A stretch of DNA of 64,000 nucleotides, taken from positions 59,954,001 to 60,018,000 of the forward strand of contig OX597822.1 in the NCBI GenBank assembly GCA_951406725.2. The letters are read 5' to 3'. Of the stretch, positions 39,921 to 56,479 are shown piece by piece. The position numbers and the translations under genes are program-made. The notes below the pieces were generated by a model. The model did no database searches. It was not told the DNA's origin and was given only the letters and a program-made list of their open reading frames with translations. Position 1 is the first letter of the stretch. Each line of letters starts with the position of its first letter. The stretch is from Octopus vulgaris (Eukaryota).

Positions 39921-42883
39921 ACAAGGAAACAGAATTTCTATTATTCCAAATAATTTCCCCTGTAGTATGAGAATATGAAGAATCCATTCTACCATATGAT
40001 AATGACGGTTTTAATTTGCACATATACTAATAAATATTGGTTTTCTGCAGCGATTATTTTCTCTCTAAATACACATATATATGTTTCATCTTTAATGTAT
40101 TAATATTCCTGTCTAATTCATATGCTTTATCCTGTGCTTCTTTGTCACAATTCTTCTGGAAGCGTTTGCAACCAGATTTATGCACTACATATCCAATAAA
40201 TTAAACAACAGAACCCATTTCAGATTAGATGAATTAATATTGCTATGAAAATGAAATAAACAAATTACCAGGCTAATTTTAACAGTATGTCTTTGTGTTT
40301 CTTGCTTTTTTGCCTTTATTTCTCTTTACATATTTTCCCATCCTTTCCAATCAAGTTTTCTTTGTAGTTTCTTCAGACATGTCTCTGTCACATAAATATC
40401 AGAACCAGTGCTGAGATCACACGATGATATGCATTTTGAACACAGTTACTCTATATTTTTTCTGAATAAACTTTAATATACTATACAGACAGATTTAAAT
40501 ATATAAGCAGTTATGATTTTGCATCCTCCACCATACAATTAATTTACAACATAGAAGTTCCCACTGTTAGGCACTAAATATTTCTCAAATTACTTTATTC
40601 AATACGTAAAAACGCTTACTGAACAATGCAGTCTAGTCTTAGATATGCATTGTCTTAACAAAGAAATTGTCAAGTGTAGCTGGAATGTTTTTAGTTATAG
40701 GTCTGCTAGATAAGGACTGACTTGAGGTTACATAACCACAACAGGACAATTTGCTTATGAGGAAGCTTTTGCTGTTCGTTGTGTTGTACGTTTTTTGTAA
40801 AGGTCAGTAGTTACCATGTTGATAACTGTCTATAAAATGTAAAAATCTGTTATCATTGTGTCGCAGCAGTTGATCAATTGCACATTATAAGATAGAATCA
40901 TTAGTAGTGATACAATTTCTGTAAGAGACATTACCAGCTGGAAAACAAGCTTTTAAATGGATAACGACATGTTTCAGGAAAACTTTCCTAAAGCGGGTAC
41001 CTTGGAGAATTTACCACTGTTGGCACCAGGATATAGACAGTCTGATTATTTTTTATGACAAAAATTCAAAAAGTGTAGTGATATTAATTCAAATTAATGT
41101 TTTTCCAGATTCCATTGATCGATTGATTACTGGATTGATGAATGAATGGATGGAGAGAGGGGTACGTGATTGGGGAGAAGGATGGACACGTACATTCGTA
41201 CATACATACAAATATGAATGGATGGATAAATACATACATGCATACATACATATATGTGTATGCATGCATTCATATAGAAAAGTTAAATAAACTACACACA
41301 ACAACCAATAGTTTTCAAACTTAAATTTATTTCACTTCAAGAGAACATAAATTGGCATATTTGATGCATTTGAGAAAAACAATTTCAGTTGGATATCGTA
41401 AAAATAGTTCAATTTATATATCAACAACCTGAAAATTACCTGTTTTATTTTACTTCAAATAATTTCACGTGAACTTGAATTATTTACTGATTTATTATTT
41501 GCTTTTCACTGATGAGGAATAGACATTTTAGAACTGGACCTTGTACATACACAGGTTAAAGATTGGTTGTTCTTTCAAGATCATTATCTAGAAAAGAATT
41601 TAGATTTTTAAAGTTCTTATAAAATAAATCTAATTTGTTTAGTTCTTTGCATTCAGAATACTGTGTCAAATGTAATGTTTATTCATATTACTTAGAATTA
41701 ATCACGTATTGTATTGAAGCTTAAAGGTGTAAATGATATGATTATTTATTTTTAAACGGACATTGTAGGATAAGTGTAAAAGACCAAATTTGGCCACTTT
41801 CAATATAAAAGAGGTAGAATATTATGGATGATGTAAATGCTAAAGGGTTGATTTTCTTACCATTAGAAGAAAAAAGTGTGAACATATTGCTGTATGTAAA
41901 TAGTATGAACAATTTCTCTTACTAATGTGTACAAATTATCTAAATTTATACGAATTTATAGCAAAGCTAATATTTTCCTAGTCATGCTAAATCTGTAATA
42001 CATTAAAAGGGAGCTTGAATCTTGCTTGCATTCTTGCTTGCTATGTTTCCCTGCAAAACTGAAATGTGAATATGAACGGAGTAAAACAAGCCTCAACTGG
42101 AATGTGAATATGAACGGAATAAAACAAGTTTCACGTAAACCGGACAACTGGTTGTTGAGATATTACTGGTTTTCGGTGTAAAACGGTACATAATGAGAAA
42201 TACTCCGAAAATAGCTTAACTCTGAAACGGAAGAAACTCTAACCTTTCGAATAGACACAGTGACTTGACAACGAATTATTTTTTACAGTAAATGTTTCTA
42301 TTTTCGCTTTTGTTCAATATATTTTAATCATTTAGAAATATTTTTAAGTGAATGTGATTTCAAAAATGTAACTTATTTGAACGGTAAGTATTTATATTTT
42401 AGCTTTCTTGAAACAGACAGTATTTTAATGATTTTTAAAATTTTCAAGTAAATACCATTTCAAAAATATTTTGGCATATTTAAAAAAGATTTGAAAGTGA
42501 AAATGGCTTTAAAAATACGGTAAATATTTCGTAAAAGACCTGTTCGTAACCTCGGTGTGAAATAATTTTTTCCATAGGTTATTTTCGGGTGCATTCAACG
42601 TATCTCACCTCCAAAGATTTGGCTGCTATTTCTAGCAAGCCCTGCTAACACGTAAAGGACCCGAAATACCAGTTACGTGGTAGAAGGGCATGCAAGAAAT
42701 AACAGCCAAAATATTTTTTTTTCTGAGGAACATACATACGTGTTAACTACATCCTAAAAATATTGGAAACTGGCTCCCTCCTCAGTGGAAACTTTATAAA
42801 AATTAAAAATTAGAAGGGACATACACACATACACACATACGTACATACATAAGAATAAGAGTGACAAAAAGAGGGAGTGTGTA

Positions 42884-42919
<36 letters not shown>

Positions 42920-42922
42920 TGA

Positions 42923-43022
<100 letters not shown>

Positions 43023-43846
43023 TCGCTGAGAGCAAGAAAAAACGTGACTGAACGCAGCTGCTATCTTCTTCCAATCAGGACTCACGACATTAGCCACAAA
43101 AAATAATCTCTAATTCGAGCCTACTCTAAACTACTAAGAATGCATGTGGCAACTTGAAGATCCACCTACCACACACGATAGACTGGCGGTTGCACTGGCG
43201 CGAAAGCTACGTTGTTATTCTCATTCCGTAAACGGTGGCTTTTAACAGGTGGAGAGCTGAACCATCCTGGGGTACAGAGGATTCGCAATCTAGACTAGGG
43301 ACTGAAAGTTTACCACACCATAGTGGGTTACACCATAGTTCCTCTGATTTGTGGCAGAAGTAGGGAGAAAGAGTGAAAGAAAGTGTTAGTAAAAGAGTAC
43401 AGCGGGCTCATCCACTTCCCAATGGAACCTCGTGGAGCATAGTTGATTTTGCCCAATACACACTCACAATACCCGATATGGGATTCGAAACCGCGTTCTT
43501 ACGACCGCGAGTCCGCTGGCCTAACTACTGGGTCATTGCGCCTCCACCGCACCTGCTGTTTCACTTGATTTGTGAAATTGCACGCTCTTCATTTAGAACA
43601 AACAGTCGATTACAAGAGTTCTCAAACGGTAAGAAAATCATCATTCAGTTACTTTCTGAAAGGATTCAGGGGAAACAATTGAAGTGGACAGGGTCTGAGT
43701 CATTTATTTTAATTGTGTATAGGGAAAGAGATCGAGTTTAAAAAAACATAGGTAGATAGATGGATAGACAGAGAGAGAAAGAAAAAGAGAGAGAGAGAGG
43801 GAGTGAGTGAGTGAGAGAGAGATAGGCAAACTGACACAGATAAGTT

Positions 43847-44061
<215 letters not shown>

Positions 44062-44374
44062 TTTCTTATTACGCAGAGAGTAGTTTATTAAGGTTTAACA
44101 AGGGAAAACGAATATTTATTCGAAAGTTTTCCTCAAAGAAATTTAAAGAACGGTGATTGAAAATTTTCTTTCCATTCCGTAATAAATTTCTTTGATAAGA
44201 CACTTATTTGGTGATTTTAAAAGTTTTATCGTTATGTTTGTGTACATTCATACACACACACACACACAAGCACACGCACACATACATACATACATACATA
44301 CATACATACATACATACATACATACATACATACATACATACATACATACATACATACATACATACATACATACA

Positions 44375-47300
44375 TGATGATGGCCGTCCACTCGTGACCG
44401 AGGAAGATCGTTGCCGACCTTCAGGAACATTGTGCGCTCTAGGACTAACTTATATTTTGCATTTGCGGCTCCGTTGGTGGCTAATGAGCCCTACTCTTGA
44501 CAAGCATACACGACTGAAAACATTGCAGACCAAGCTTTCCCCATTCACTATACGAGCCGTGCGCTTTCGCGCAGCTCGCTTAAGTTCTTCATGCTGGATA
44601 CGTGCTCTCTCAAAAGTGTCGGTCCCCTCCTTAACCTGCTTCCTCCATCTGTGGCGATGACAGGCATTGTTCTCCCAGTCAGTGTCCTGCATATCAAAGG
44701 CCTTTAACGAGGACTTGACACAGTCCTTAAATCGCAGCTTTGGTTTCTGCCGGAGTCTCCTTCCATTCACAAGTTCTCCATAGAGCATCTGCTTAGGAAT
44801 CCTTCTATCCTTCATTCTAATAAGGTGTCCAGTCCAACGCAACCGTTGCTTGTGTACCATCGCCTCAATACTCAAGATATCAGCTGTCCTCAGGATCTGT
44901 GTGTCTGGAATTTCTGAGGTCCAGCCAACATTGAGAATGTGTCTGAGACATCTCTGATGAAAACGTTCAAGGACCCTGACCTGACGTTTGTACAGAGTCT
45001 ATGTCTCACATGAGTAGAGAAGCGATGTCAGTACACAAGCACGGTACACAGCAACTTTTGTTCTCCTTGCGATGCCATGTTGGGACCAGACACGAGACTG
45101 AAGAGACCGGAAGGAATTAGTTGCTCTCTGCAACCTGAAAGATATTTCCTCATCCAGGGAGCAAGAACGGCTGAGTGTGCTGCCCAGGTAGACAAACTTG
45201 TCTACTACCTTCAGAATCGTTCCTTCAACCAAGATAGCTGGTTCTATATATGGATTTCCTGGTGCAGGCTGGAACATTACAACAGTCTTGTCCAGGCTAA
45301 TGCTGAGTCCAAATGCCCTGCAAGAAGCGGAAATGCAATTCATGAGTATTTGCATGTCATCCACTGTATGAGTGACTAAGTCACAGTCATCTGCATAAAG
45401 GAGGTCACGAATAATAGACTGGGAAACCTTTGAATTGGCAGCAAATCGGTGAAGATTAAAGAGGCGGCCAGAAGATCGATATCTGACATATATTCCCAGA
45501 GAGCTAACCCTAGCAAAAGCATGAGTAAAAGTAGCAGCAAAGTACAAAGAAAAGAGAGTTGGGGCAAGGATGTCACCCTGCTTAACACCATTCTCTACAG
45601 GAATGGGTCCTGCCATGGCATCACCAACATTGACCCAAGCCTCCATCCCATCATGAAATGATTTAATTATTGATACAAAGTGATCCGGACATCCAAGTTT
45701 GCCAAGTATTTTCCATAGAAAGACCCTATTTACAGTATCAAAGGCCTTAGTTAAATCAATGAATACCTGGACAAGATACATATTCTGCTCATAGCACTTC
45801 TGCATGTCTTGCTGTGAAAATCATATCCATTGTCCCTCTACCTGATCGGAAGCCACATTGAGATTCAGATTGGGCATCATTTACGAGACACCCATTCAGA
45901 CGGGTAAGAAGAATATTTGCCAGAACCTTGCCAGCAGCTGATAGTAGAGCAATACCTCCGTAGTTACCACGCATTGTTCTGGCTCCTTTTCCTTTATACA
46001 GAGGAAGAATAATTGCATCCTTCCAGTCCTTAGGGATTGCACCATCCCTCCAGACTGCACTAATAAGTTCATGAAGGGACTGTGTGATACAATTACCACC
46101 AAATCGCAAGACCTCAGTACAAATTCCATCCTTTCCAGGTGCCCTACCAAGATTCAATTTACTTATTGATGTCATTACTTCATGTATTGTCGGCGAGGAG
46201 TCTAAGGAGTCAATGATAGGTCTTTGTTTCATAGTATCAATCACTGTTTCATCCACAACTGACTCATGGTTTAGGAGTTCAGAGAAGTGTTCGATCCAGC
46301 GACCTGTGATTTCTGTTTATTTAGTAAACATAGTGGAAGACTCCTTGGAAAGCAAAGGAGCTGATGTGGAGCTCTTAGGTCCATAAGCTCGCTTCATAAG
46401 ATGGTAAAGCCTCTTGCTGTCATTTGCATCAGCAGCAGCCTAAACATCACGAGCAAGATCCTCCCACCAAGTGTTCTGCATCTTCCTGAGAGATCGCTGC
46501 AGTAGTGATTTTACACTGTTATAGTGGGCAAGAGCTAGACTTCGCTGCACAGTAGACAGTTCTCTGTGCAGCAACAAACACACTGTGGGCATGGCGCTTC
46601 ACCACTAATAGTCGTTGAATTTCAGCATCATTCTCATCAAACCAGTCTCGGTGTCTGGCAGTAACATACCCCAGTGTTTCGGCTGCAACCTGGTCTCGAA
46701 AATCTTCCCATCCTGCAGCAGTTTCAATGCTGGACAAGCGAGTCTGAAGCTCTTTCCTAACCACAATGTCATATACCTTGTGGACATTTAGACGGCGAGG
46801 AATGCTGACTGGTCCTCTTCTCTCTTTCGCCCTAATCACCATTCGGAACTTTGCTCGCACCAGACTGTGGTCTGTCCAGCATTCTGATCCATGCAAGGAC
46901 TTGACATTACAAATGTCATAAATGTCGCGCTTGCGGATGATGACGTAATCCAGCAAGTGCCAAACTTTGGACCTTGGATGCATCCATGTTGTTGTGTGAT
47001 CACCTTTGTGCACAAAATGAATACTTTCAATGTAAAGTCCATGTTCTTCGCAAAGCTCCAGTAGCATGAGACCATTGCTATTCATTTTCCCTACTCTAAA
47101 ACGTCCTAGAGAGTTCCATGTTTGCCAGTCTGTTCCTACTCTGGCATTAAAATCCCCCAGTAGAATAACTTTATCAGAATTGGGGATTTTTCTAAGTATG
47201 GCTCTCAGCTGGGTACAAAAGATTATTTTATCTTCATCACAGCTAGTCAAAGTAGGTGCATAGGCACTTATTAGAGTAGCAAACCGCTTACCTTTCAAGT

Positions 47301-48581
47301 GCAACCGTAGGGTCATTATACGTTCATTTATAGGAACAGGGAGCTCTTCCAACTTCTTCAGGATATCAGATCGGACTGCAAAACCAACACCAGCCTCTTG
47401 GCGCTCCTCCTTCTGCCTTCCTTTCCAAAAAAAGGTGTATCCGTCTCCTACTTCCTCAAGCTGACCATCACCTTCTATACGAGTCTCTGAGAGTGCAGCT
47501 ATATCAATTTTATAACGGTTCAGCTCACGAGCAACAAGTGCAGTGCGTCTTTCAGGCCTGCAATCACTCTTGTTGTCCAACAGAGTACGCACATTCCAAC
47601 ATGAAATGTTTAAGTTCCGTCCAGATTTTATAGATAAAAGATTCTTTGTTTTTCGAGCGCAGGGTGGACATCCGTCAGTCGCGCTAAACTGACCAGATAT
47701 GGAAAGACTGGCAATTTTTGGTTCACCTTTTCTAGAACCTCCCCGGTCTCCAGGTGAGCAGTGCCCTCTCCAAATGGAGCTGCTCAGACACCCATGCAGC
47801 AACCGAATCCTACCGCTGTCTTGGGCGACAAGGAGACGACTTTATATCTAGCATGGGTCGCTGACTACATGCTTCCAACCCGTCAGGTCTGCATGCTTCA
47901 CCACCTTCCCATCGCCGCAGGACTTCCGAATAAAAAAAATTAAAAATATATATATATATATACTAAAAATGAAGAAAATATATACTAAAAATAAGATAGA
48001 TATATAAAAAAAAAAGGTCGTCAATGCCTGTGCAGAGTTTAAGGTCCAATAAGGCTTGCACAACACCTCATAGACCCTCTCCACTCTATTGACATTATCC
48101 AGAGACAAGCCGGAGCAAGATGTCTGGTGCCAATATTAGTCGCAGGCTCAGGGATGTGGGAGCGCCGTGATCTCTAGCACAAACCAAAGATCCCCAAAAT
48201 GTTCAATGCCATTCCCTGCATATCTGGTTTTATATCAGGTAAGCGGTTTGCTACTCTAATAAGTGCCTATGCACCTACTCTCAGAGACGTGCTTTAACAA
48301 AAGCTGAGGGGCGCCTCACTCCCAGTGGTCTTTCAGCACGCCGGACACCACCCCGGAATTTCTATGTACCCGTGCTAACATTTATTGGATGGCCGTTGAC
48401 TCTCAAGAGGTCCTCCGCCCTTTGACGGGTTTTGTTTTTCATCCCGCAGGGGGTCCAACAAACACCCTCCTCACCAAGCAAGGTTAGTGGGGTTGCCGGT
48501 TTAGTCGCCGACGACCCGACCATGCAACCGGTTGTACTGGGTTACATGTTACCAGTAGCACTCGAAGGTGACCTGACAGCA
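44375..48581 (-). mobile_element. RTE-clade LINE, copy B
   Basis: ORFs 46519-47802, 45789-46256, 44999-45805 and 44450-44875. Shares the SCET* stop and flanks with copy A. Confidence 0.95.
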
Positions 48582-48986
48582 ACATACATACATACATACA
48601 TATATACATACACATGCTTTACTTGTTTCGGTCATTTGCCTTCCGGATATTTGTTTCAAATCACTGCCTTGAAGGGTTTTCGTTGAACAATTCGACCCCC
48701 ATGGCTTATTTCTGTTAAGGACTAGTACTTTTTCATTCGGTTCTTCTGCCGAACCGCTAAGTTACGTTGACGTAAAAACTCCAAAACTTGTTGCCAAGTG
48801 TAGTGAGGTCCAAAGAAGAATATGGAGACACACACTCTCACACACACACACTCGTACATACATATATACATACGACGGGATTCTTTTAATTACGTAAACA
48901 CACCAACACCGCTTGTCAGGCAGTGGTGGGTAACAAATACAGAACAAAGACACACACACATAGTTGTACATATATATATATATACA

Positions 48987-51900
48987 TAAATTAGAGAAAA
49001 AACCATTATTATGCAATTCAAACGATGATAGACATAAAACAAATCATAAATAAAAAATAAAATATATATTTTTAAAACATATAACTAGATCATAAAAGTA
49101 TAAAAATGAATAATCAATATATAATAAGTAAAAAAATACATACATTTCATCGCTATAATTAAATTAATTATAATAAAATTTAATTTAAATTTAATTAAAA
49201 ATCAATTCAATTTAAAATTATAGTCACTCTTCAGGTTAACAATAATAGTTAAATATATAAGCAAATAGAGTTAAACAATATTTATTAAATAAAATATAAT
49301 AATGATTTTTCTTATAGAATTGATGAGAATAATCGGAGTAATAATAACTTAAACGCTATCTATATAGGGTCTACTTCTTCTAAAATTAAATTAAGAGTAG
49401 CTCAGCATATGCATTCCTTTAAGAATAGAAATCTTATGAGCACTACTGGGCTTAGTAAATATATATAGGAACTAAAATCCTAACGAATTAAGTATAATTT
49501 AAAGTGGGAGATAGTTTGCAATGCGAAATCATATAGTATAGGTAGTAATTCCTGTTTATTATGTTCTAGTGAATTTAAAGAAATAAAATTTAATAATCAT
49601 GATAAGTTAGGTAATTCATTGGACGTGCTTAAAATTAAATGTAGACACAAATTACTTTACTTATATAATAAATTTTTAGATAAATAGCGACTATATTTAA
49701 ACCCTATTTTTGTTTCTAATTTGTAGTTATAATTTGTACTAGAATTAATTCAATAATTTAGCATGTGATTATATATTGTATATTACATGATTGAATGTCT
49801 AAATTAAATATTTATAATTAAATTAATTAATTTATTTATTTATTATAGGAGAGCAGTGGTTGTAGTTTTGTAGGGTGTTTTGAATATAAGTCAATAAGTG
49901 TTAGTAAAGGTTTTTTTTACATGGAGTTAGATTATATTTTGATGTTTATTTAATTACTAAATATATAATTCATTTAATGAATATAGACTAAATTATAATT
50001 ATTTCATTATGTTGTTGTTGTTGTTGATATTGTTATTATTATTATACTTATCATATGTGTACTAACATTAATAGTATTAAGTATTTTGTGGGGAAATAGT
50101 AGTTTTAGTAATTGATTGATTGATTGATTGATTCTAGTTTCAGCTCATGAGCTGTGGCCATGCTGGGGCACCGCCATTTGGTGTTGCTACTTGGTTTTAC
50201 TTCACGAAAGCTTTTTAGCAACTGCCATTTGGTGCATGAGAGAGTTCGATGCAGCTGCCCTCATCTGCACCTCCTGCCGTGAAGTTGGTTCATCTGGGAC
50301 ACCTGACAGGAAGAGATCCAGTTCCATTTTAAAGACATCTGCATCCACCCCATGCAGGTCTCTCAGGTTCTTTGGGAGGATATTGAAGAGCTGTGGGCCA
50401 CGGAAGCCCAGGCTATCACAGTATCTTGTCCTACATCTTGATGGCAAATTTGGAGTCCTAGGCACCACGCAGTGGCGCCCAGTTCTGGCATTTGTGTAAC
50501 TCTCGATGCCAAAGTTTGGGACACGTCCCTCCAGGATCTTCCAGATGTATATTATGGCATATCTTTCCCGCCTACGCTCCAAGGAATATAGTTTGAATCT
50601 CTTGAGTCTTTCCCAGTAGCTTACATTCTGCATAGAGGCTATCTTCTTCGTGTAGCTACGCTGGATCGCCTCGAGCTCTGTGATCAACTTGACACTGGAT
50701 GGTGACCATAACTGAGAGCAATAGTCAAAGTGGCTTAGGACAAGTGTCCTCCAGAGGACCATCATGGTTTCTTGTTCTCTTGTTCTAAAGGTTCTGAGAA
50801 TCCATCCGGCCAGTCGTCTACTTTTCATTGCCAATTTAGCAACATGAACACGAAAGGTTGCGTCATCGCTCATGTAAATACCCAGGTCACGCACTGATTG
50901 TGCCTCTGGGATTGCTATTCCTCCGGGTCCAGTGTATTCATTGGGTATTGTATTTAGTTTTGCATGCTGATAGTATAAAGCTTGAAACTTTTCAGCATTG
51001 AACTGCATGCTATTCTTTTCAGCCCACTTGTATATTTCGTCCAGCTCACATTGCAGGTACTTAGTGTCTTCAGGGTTCTGTATTGCCTGTGAAACTTTTG
51101 TATCATCTGCATAACTTGTGATTGTGGCTCTCTGCGTGTCTGAGGGCATGTCTGAGAGGGCTATTATGAACAGTAGTGGTCCCAAAACAGTGCCCTGCGG
51201 AACACCGCTCACTATTTGTGTGTTAATGGAAGTGGCCCCATTGGCTGCTACCACCTGACTTCTATTCTTCAGAAAGTCATGAAGCCATTCTCCCAATTTT
51301 CCAACTATGCCAAGATCACGCAGTTTGTGACATATCATTCCATGATCGACTTTATCAAAGGCCTTTGCAAAGTCGAGATATATGACTTCCACATTTGAGT
51401 GGTTGAGCAGTTGTTTCAGCACCCAGTCATAGTGTTGTAGGAGCTGAGTTAAACAGCTTCTTCCTGGTCGGAAACCATGTTGGGTGTCAGGCAGCAAGTC
51501 ATTCAGTATTTCACTTACCCTCATTGGTTTACCTGTGAGTGTGCCATCCTCTTCAAGGAGTGGCCCTATCCTACAGTGCACCGTAGCTGTTTCTTTGGCA
51601 TACCTGTAGAAAGCTCTGGGGTTAGATTTTATGTTGTCTATAGCCCAGGCTTCTTTGTCTGCTCTTTCCTTTTCATGGGAGAGTTGCAGACATTTTTCAA
51701 TTTCCAACAGTTTTATTTTCAGGCGGGACTTTTCACTGCTTTCAATCTGTTTGTTTAGGCGATTTGAAATTTTTGTACGCCGTCTCATTACGATTTTCCT
51801 CTCTCTGGGGATTTTGTTCTTGTGTACAGTGGCCTTTCTCTCTGGGACACATTTGTAGCATATGGCTTGCGTTACAGACATGAATTGTTGAAGTTTCACG

Positions 51901-54900
51901 TCGATGTCTGGCGAGGAGAGACATTTAGGCCAGTTTTGTTTGAGGATCTCTTTCTCAATTTGTTTCCAGTTTACCTTATGGTAGTTCAAGCTGGAAAGAT
52001 TCTGAGGGTTTCTTGTAGGCTGCATGTCCGTGCTCTCTTTTGGCCCGTACATGGTCAGCTCTACCATGTTGTGATCCGAGAGTAGTGTCGGTGTCACTTT
52101 CACATTATGGATGAGATCCATATTATTTGTGAAGCAGAGATCCAGTGTGTTACCTGCCCTGGTTGGTTGGAGTATTACTTGCTCCATGTACAGGGTGTTG
52201 ATGAGGTTCAGGAGGGACCTCGCCTGTCCTCGTTCACATCTTGTCATTCCTGGGAGAGAAAGGCCCTCGGGCCATCTGACATTGGGTAGATTGAAGTCTC
52301 CCATAAGAAGTACACTTATGTGTTGTTCTAATGTGATTAGAACTTCTTCTATTTTTATAAGGCAGTCTTCAAACTTGCCCACATGGCTTGGGGCATCTGG
52401 AGGGCGATATGTAGCACACACAACTACATCAAGTTGCCTTATATGTACAATTAGTGTGTCACACACCGAGTTTGAGTATGACAAGAGGACCTGGGGTGTG
52501 AGGTCCTCACGGATGTACATAGCTACTCCTCCATGACTCCTTTCTTTTCTGTCGGTCCGTAGTACAACATACTGTGGTATGTGTAACTCCGCATCTGCTA
52601 TGTCCGGTTTCAGGTGCGTTTCTGTAAGTGCTATGCATAAGGCTTGATTGCATGCAACAAAGTCTCTCAAGAACGGGATCTTTGTCCTCTTACTGAGTGT
52701 TTGCAGCCCTCTGATGTTCAGTAGGAGCATCGAGGTGAGGTGTATGTTAATTAATTTTGAATATGTAGTGAATATTTTACCTTTATGTGCTATTTATTTA
52801 CAATAATATGTACCTTATTTAGTCAATTAATGAGCGAAGTATTTGATCTAAATATAAATTACTTTACTTATATAATAAGTTTAATTTATTAGTTAGGATT
52901 TGTTTTGAATGTTAATTTGATATAGAATATATATTTGTTATAAATGACAGTCTAGTTTATGGTTTGTAATATTTTTTTTATATATATTAGTCAACATGAC
53001 TTTGTATTATATATTTCGAATTAGATTTATTTAGATGTTTATTTAATTAATTAATATAATTTATTAATGAATATTAATTACATTATATTTTTTTAATTAA
53101 CTTCAATTTATTAAAATTATTAATTCTGATTGAATTTAGTACTGAGTTTATATAGAATGGGTCTAAAAGTTGTTTTGTTCGAATAAAGGTTGGGCTCCAG
53201 CGGAACCATATTTATATATATGAAACAAAGAAATTTGTATAAGAGTATTAGAGAATATACAGTAAATTGTAGTTATATAAATTAATTTTACTATATGGTG
53301 ATTTGAGTATATTTTATCGTAGTTAATTCTAAATTTTAGTTTTCTAGTGAATGATATTCTAGTGTATAGTAATTTTATTCTCTCTGAGAGATTTTATTCT
53401 CATTTTCTGTTAAAGCTAAAATATATTTGTAGTTTCCATTGATAAAATGTATATTTCCATCTGTTTGTTCTATTTTTTAAGCAACGTAATTCACGAGTAA
53501 TTTATAAACACTAAATAAGACGTTTTTCGCTTTGAAAATTTTTAGTTAATAATACGCCTTTTCGAGATATAAGTAGACTTTTTTTTATTTAAGAAATATT
53601 ATTGTACTCTATATAAGTATTGATTGTTAAATATGAATTTATAATTTTTTATTCGTTAATGATAATTTAGATAAGTACTTTTATTTAATTATTATTATTT
53701 TATAAATATTATATCTGAACGTAAATTTTAAAATACTAGTTAATCACTTTGGGATCTAGATCATAAAAAATGTTTTAATTTAACTAAAAGTTTCGTATTA
53801 TAATTTCTAGTCTTATCATATTTCTAGTCTTGTTATATTTCTAGTACTATTACATTTAATAATAATAGGAATAATAAGTATTTTATAAAGATAAGTTATA
53901 CGTTTTTACTTTGGAATTTTTCAGTTCTTATTTTTTACTTCATAAATATTTTCGGCAGATATCTATAATATATATGTAGGTAATAATGGACTAATTCATT
54001 TATTGTTTATATGTTTATTGATAGAAAAAATATAGATCTTTAATTACTATATTTGTTGATTATAATTTAGATATTTTTATATATTTATTATTTTATAATT
54101 ATTATATGCTAACTAAAATCTAAAAGTGATTTTTTGTAAAACAGTTTGGTATTTAAATATAGTATCACTAGGTTAAATATATTCTATGGTTTATTTTTTC
54201 ATTAAGCTAAATTATATCCTCACAGATAAATACATTTTTCTATCTATTTACTCTATTTTTTACCTTAAATATTTAACCTAATAAATGTATTTTAGGAAAC
54301 TGATCCTACTGCTTTAAGTTTCAAACTTAGTTAATGGAGTTTCATCTATAAGAAAAATCATTATCTTATTTTATTTTATAAATATTGTTTAACTCTATTT
54401 GCTTATTTACTTAACTATTATTGTTAACCTGAAGAGTGACTATAATTTTAAATTGAATTGATTTTCGATTATATCTAAATTTAATTGTAATTCGAATTTA
54501 ATTATAGCCATGAAACGTTCGCAGTTTTTTTACTTGTTATATATTGATTATTCATTTTTATATTTTTGCGATCTAGTTATGTTTAAAAATTTTTTTTTTA
54601 TTTATCATTTGGTTTATGTCTGTCATTGTTTGAATTGTATAATAATGTTTTTTTTCTCGAATTTATATATTATACATTTACGAGCAAAACGCCCCCCGTC
54701 CATTGGACGGTGCTGAGTTGTCAAACATTAAAACCAAATTTTCTCAAAACAACTTGTCCGACCGTCCCATAGGCCTCCCCTTTGAGAAACCTAAATTTGA
54801 AACACCAGCAAAAGAAGAAATAAAGATGCACTTTTTTTCTACTCCAAAGAAAAACTATTTTATTCACACAAATATGCAACCGAAGAGTTTAAAGTACCAG

Positions 54901-55895
54901 TAATGATTAGGCTGTTGACTAGGAGAACACAAACATGGTTTAAACAGTAAGCTTGACAGGAAAGAAACGTGACTTTAAGCAGTACAAAAACAACAAAAAA
55001 TTGATGGTGCAACCTTTGAAACAATAAAGCAATTATAATTAAAAATGCAAAAGTATCGCATTTTCTTCCAAAAACAAACTGGTCAATTGTAGATTAGTTG
55101 TGTACGTTTAGAAAATGCAAATATTGCACGATTAAGAAGCAAGCAAATAGTCTTTTATTTCTAAAATTGAAGTATTTTGACTCCATTCACCTTGAAATAA
55201 AGCTCAAACAATCTTGATTAAATACAATAATGGTTTTCTTTCACTAAAAAACACACTTTTTTTGTTTTAAAGCTATAAGACAACAAAAATCATTTATTAG
55301 CAACAAAATAGTATTTTCTTTCTTGAATAAAAAGCAATCCGGGTTTCCTTTTCATTAAAAAATAAAGCATGCCTTTATTTCAATAAAATTTTTGGTTTTG
55401 TTAAACGAAATTAAGGCAAAAAAAAACTTCTTGTGAAACCAAATAGTCTTTACTTCCTTCATGCCAAGTTTGAAGAAAATATCTCTGTTGCATCGTACAT
55501 TTTTGGGCTCTTAAATGTACTGCATTTTGTGGCATTATTTCAAGCCAGCCGGCTTTTTTTGCGCAAACTGCACGTGCATTTTTCTCGCGTACGCGTAGTA
55601 TCGATCGCAACAGCTGATGTACTTGCGCGTACAAATGCACTTTCCCACGGCTTTATCGATCGCATTCTCACCTGGAATCGATTTTTGTAATATTTTTTCA
55701 AGTCTTCTACGCGCTCTGATGCCGTCGGTATCTACATATCAAATTTGAGCGCAATCGGATGGAGGATGCCTGAGATACTAGAAGACACACACACAGACAG
55801 ACAGAACGGATTTTTATAATAGATATTGTGAAATTTGATTTAATACTAAATTGAATTTTCCCTGTAAGTTTGGAGTTATACTCCTTAATATTACC
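48987..55895 (+). mobile_element. Decayed Penelope-like element with nested CR1 and Helitron, copy B
   Basis: Duplicate of 9622-16830. Confidence 0.7.
50111..52742 (-). mobile_element. CR1-group LINE ORF2, copy B: 842-aa open frame with a 432-bp in-frame deletion
   Basis: ORF 50202-52730 has APE, GVPQGTVLGP and YADD. The junction SEILN|DLLPDTQ lacks copy A bases 12008-12439. Confidence 0.95.
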
Positions 55896-55963
<68 letters not shown>

Positions 55964-56156
55964 ATTTTATTTTATAGAAGGAGTTCTACAGGACTAGAAC
56001 TGTTTCATTCAAAAGAAATCATCAGGAAGCTGATGATTTCTTTTGAATGAAACAGTTCTAGTCCTGTAGAAGCTCCTTCTATAAAATAAATTAATTTACT
56101 CTGCTATGTATTGAGTACCTTATTTACTGTGGTTAACCCCGACTCATCCCGGGACC

Positions 56157-56215
<59 letters not shown>

Positions 56216-56442
56216 TATAACAAAGAAGAGGTCTTTGCAACACGTTGCTAGACCACATACCGAAAGTATTAGAAATACTATTTCTAATACTTTCGTTATG
56301 TGGTCTAGCAACCTGTTGCAAAGACCCTCTTTGTTTTAATTATATAAACTTTTACCGAATATGGTCCTTTTCCATACCGAAACACTACTTGGTGAAATTT
56401 GTTGGTTTTATTAAATTAATTATATTTCACCTTTTATCTCTG

Positions 56443-56479
<37 letters not shown>
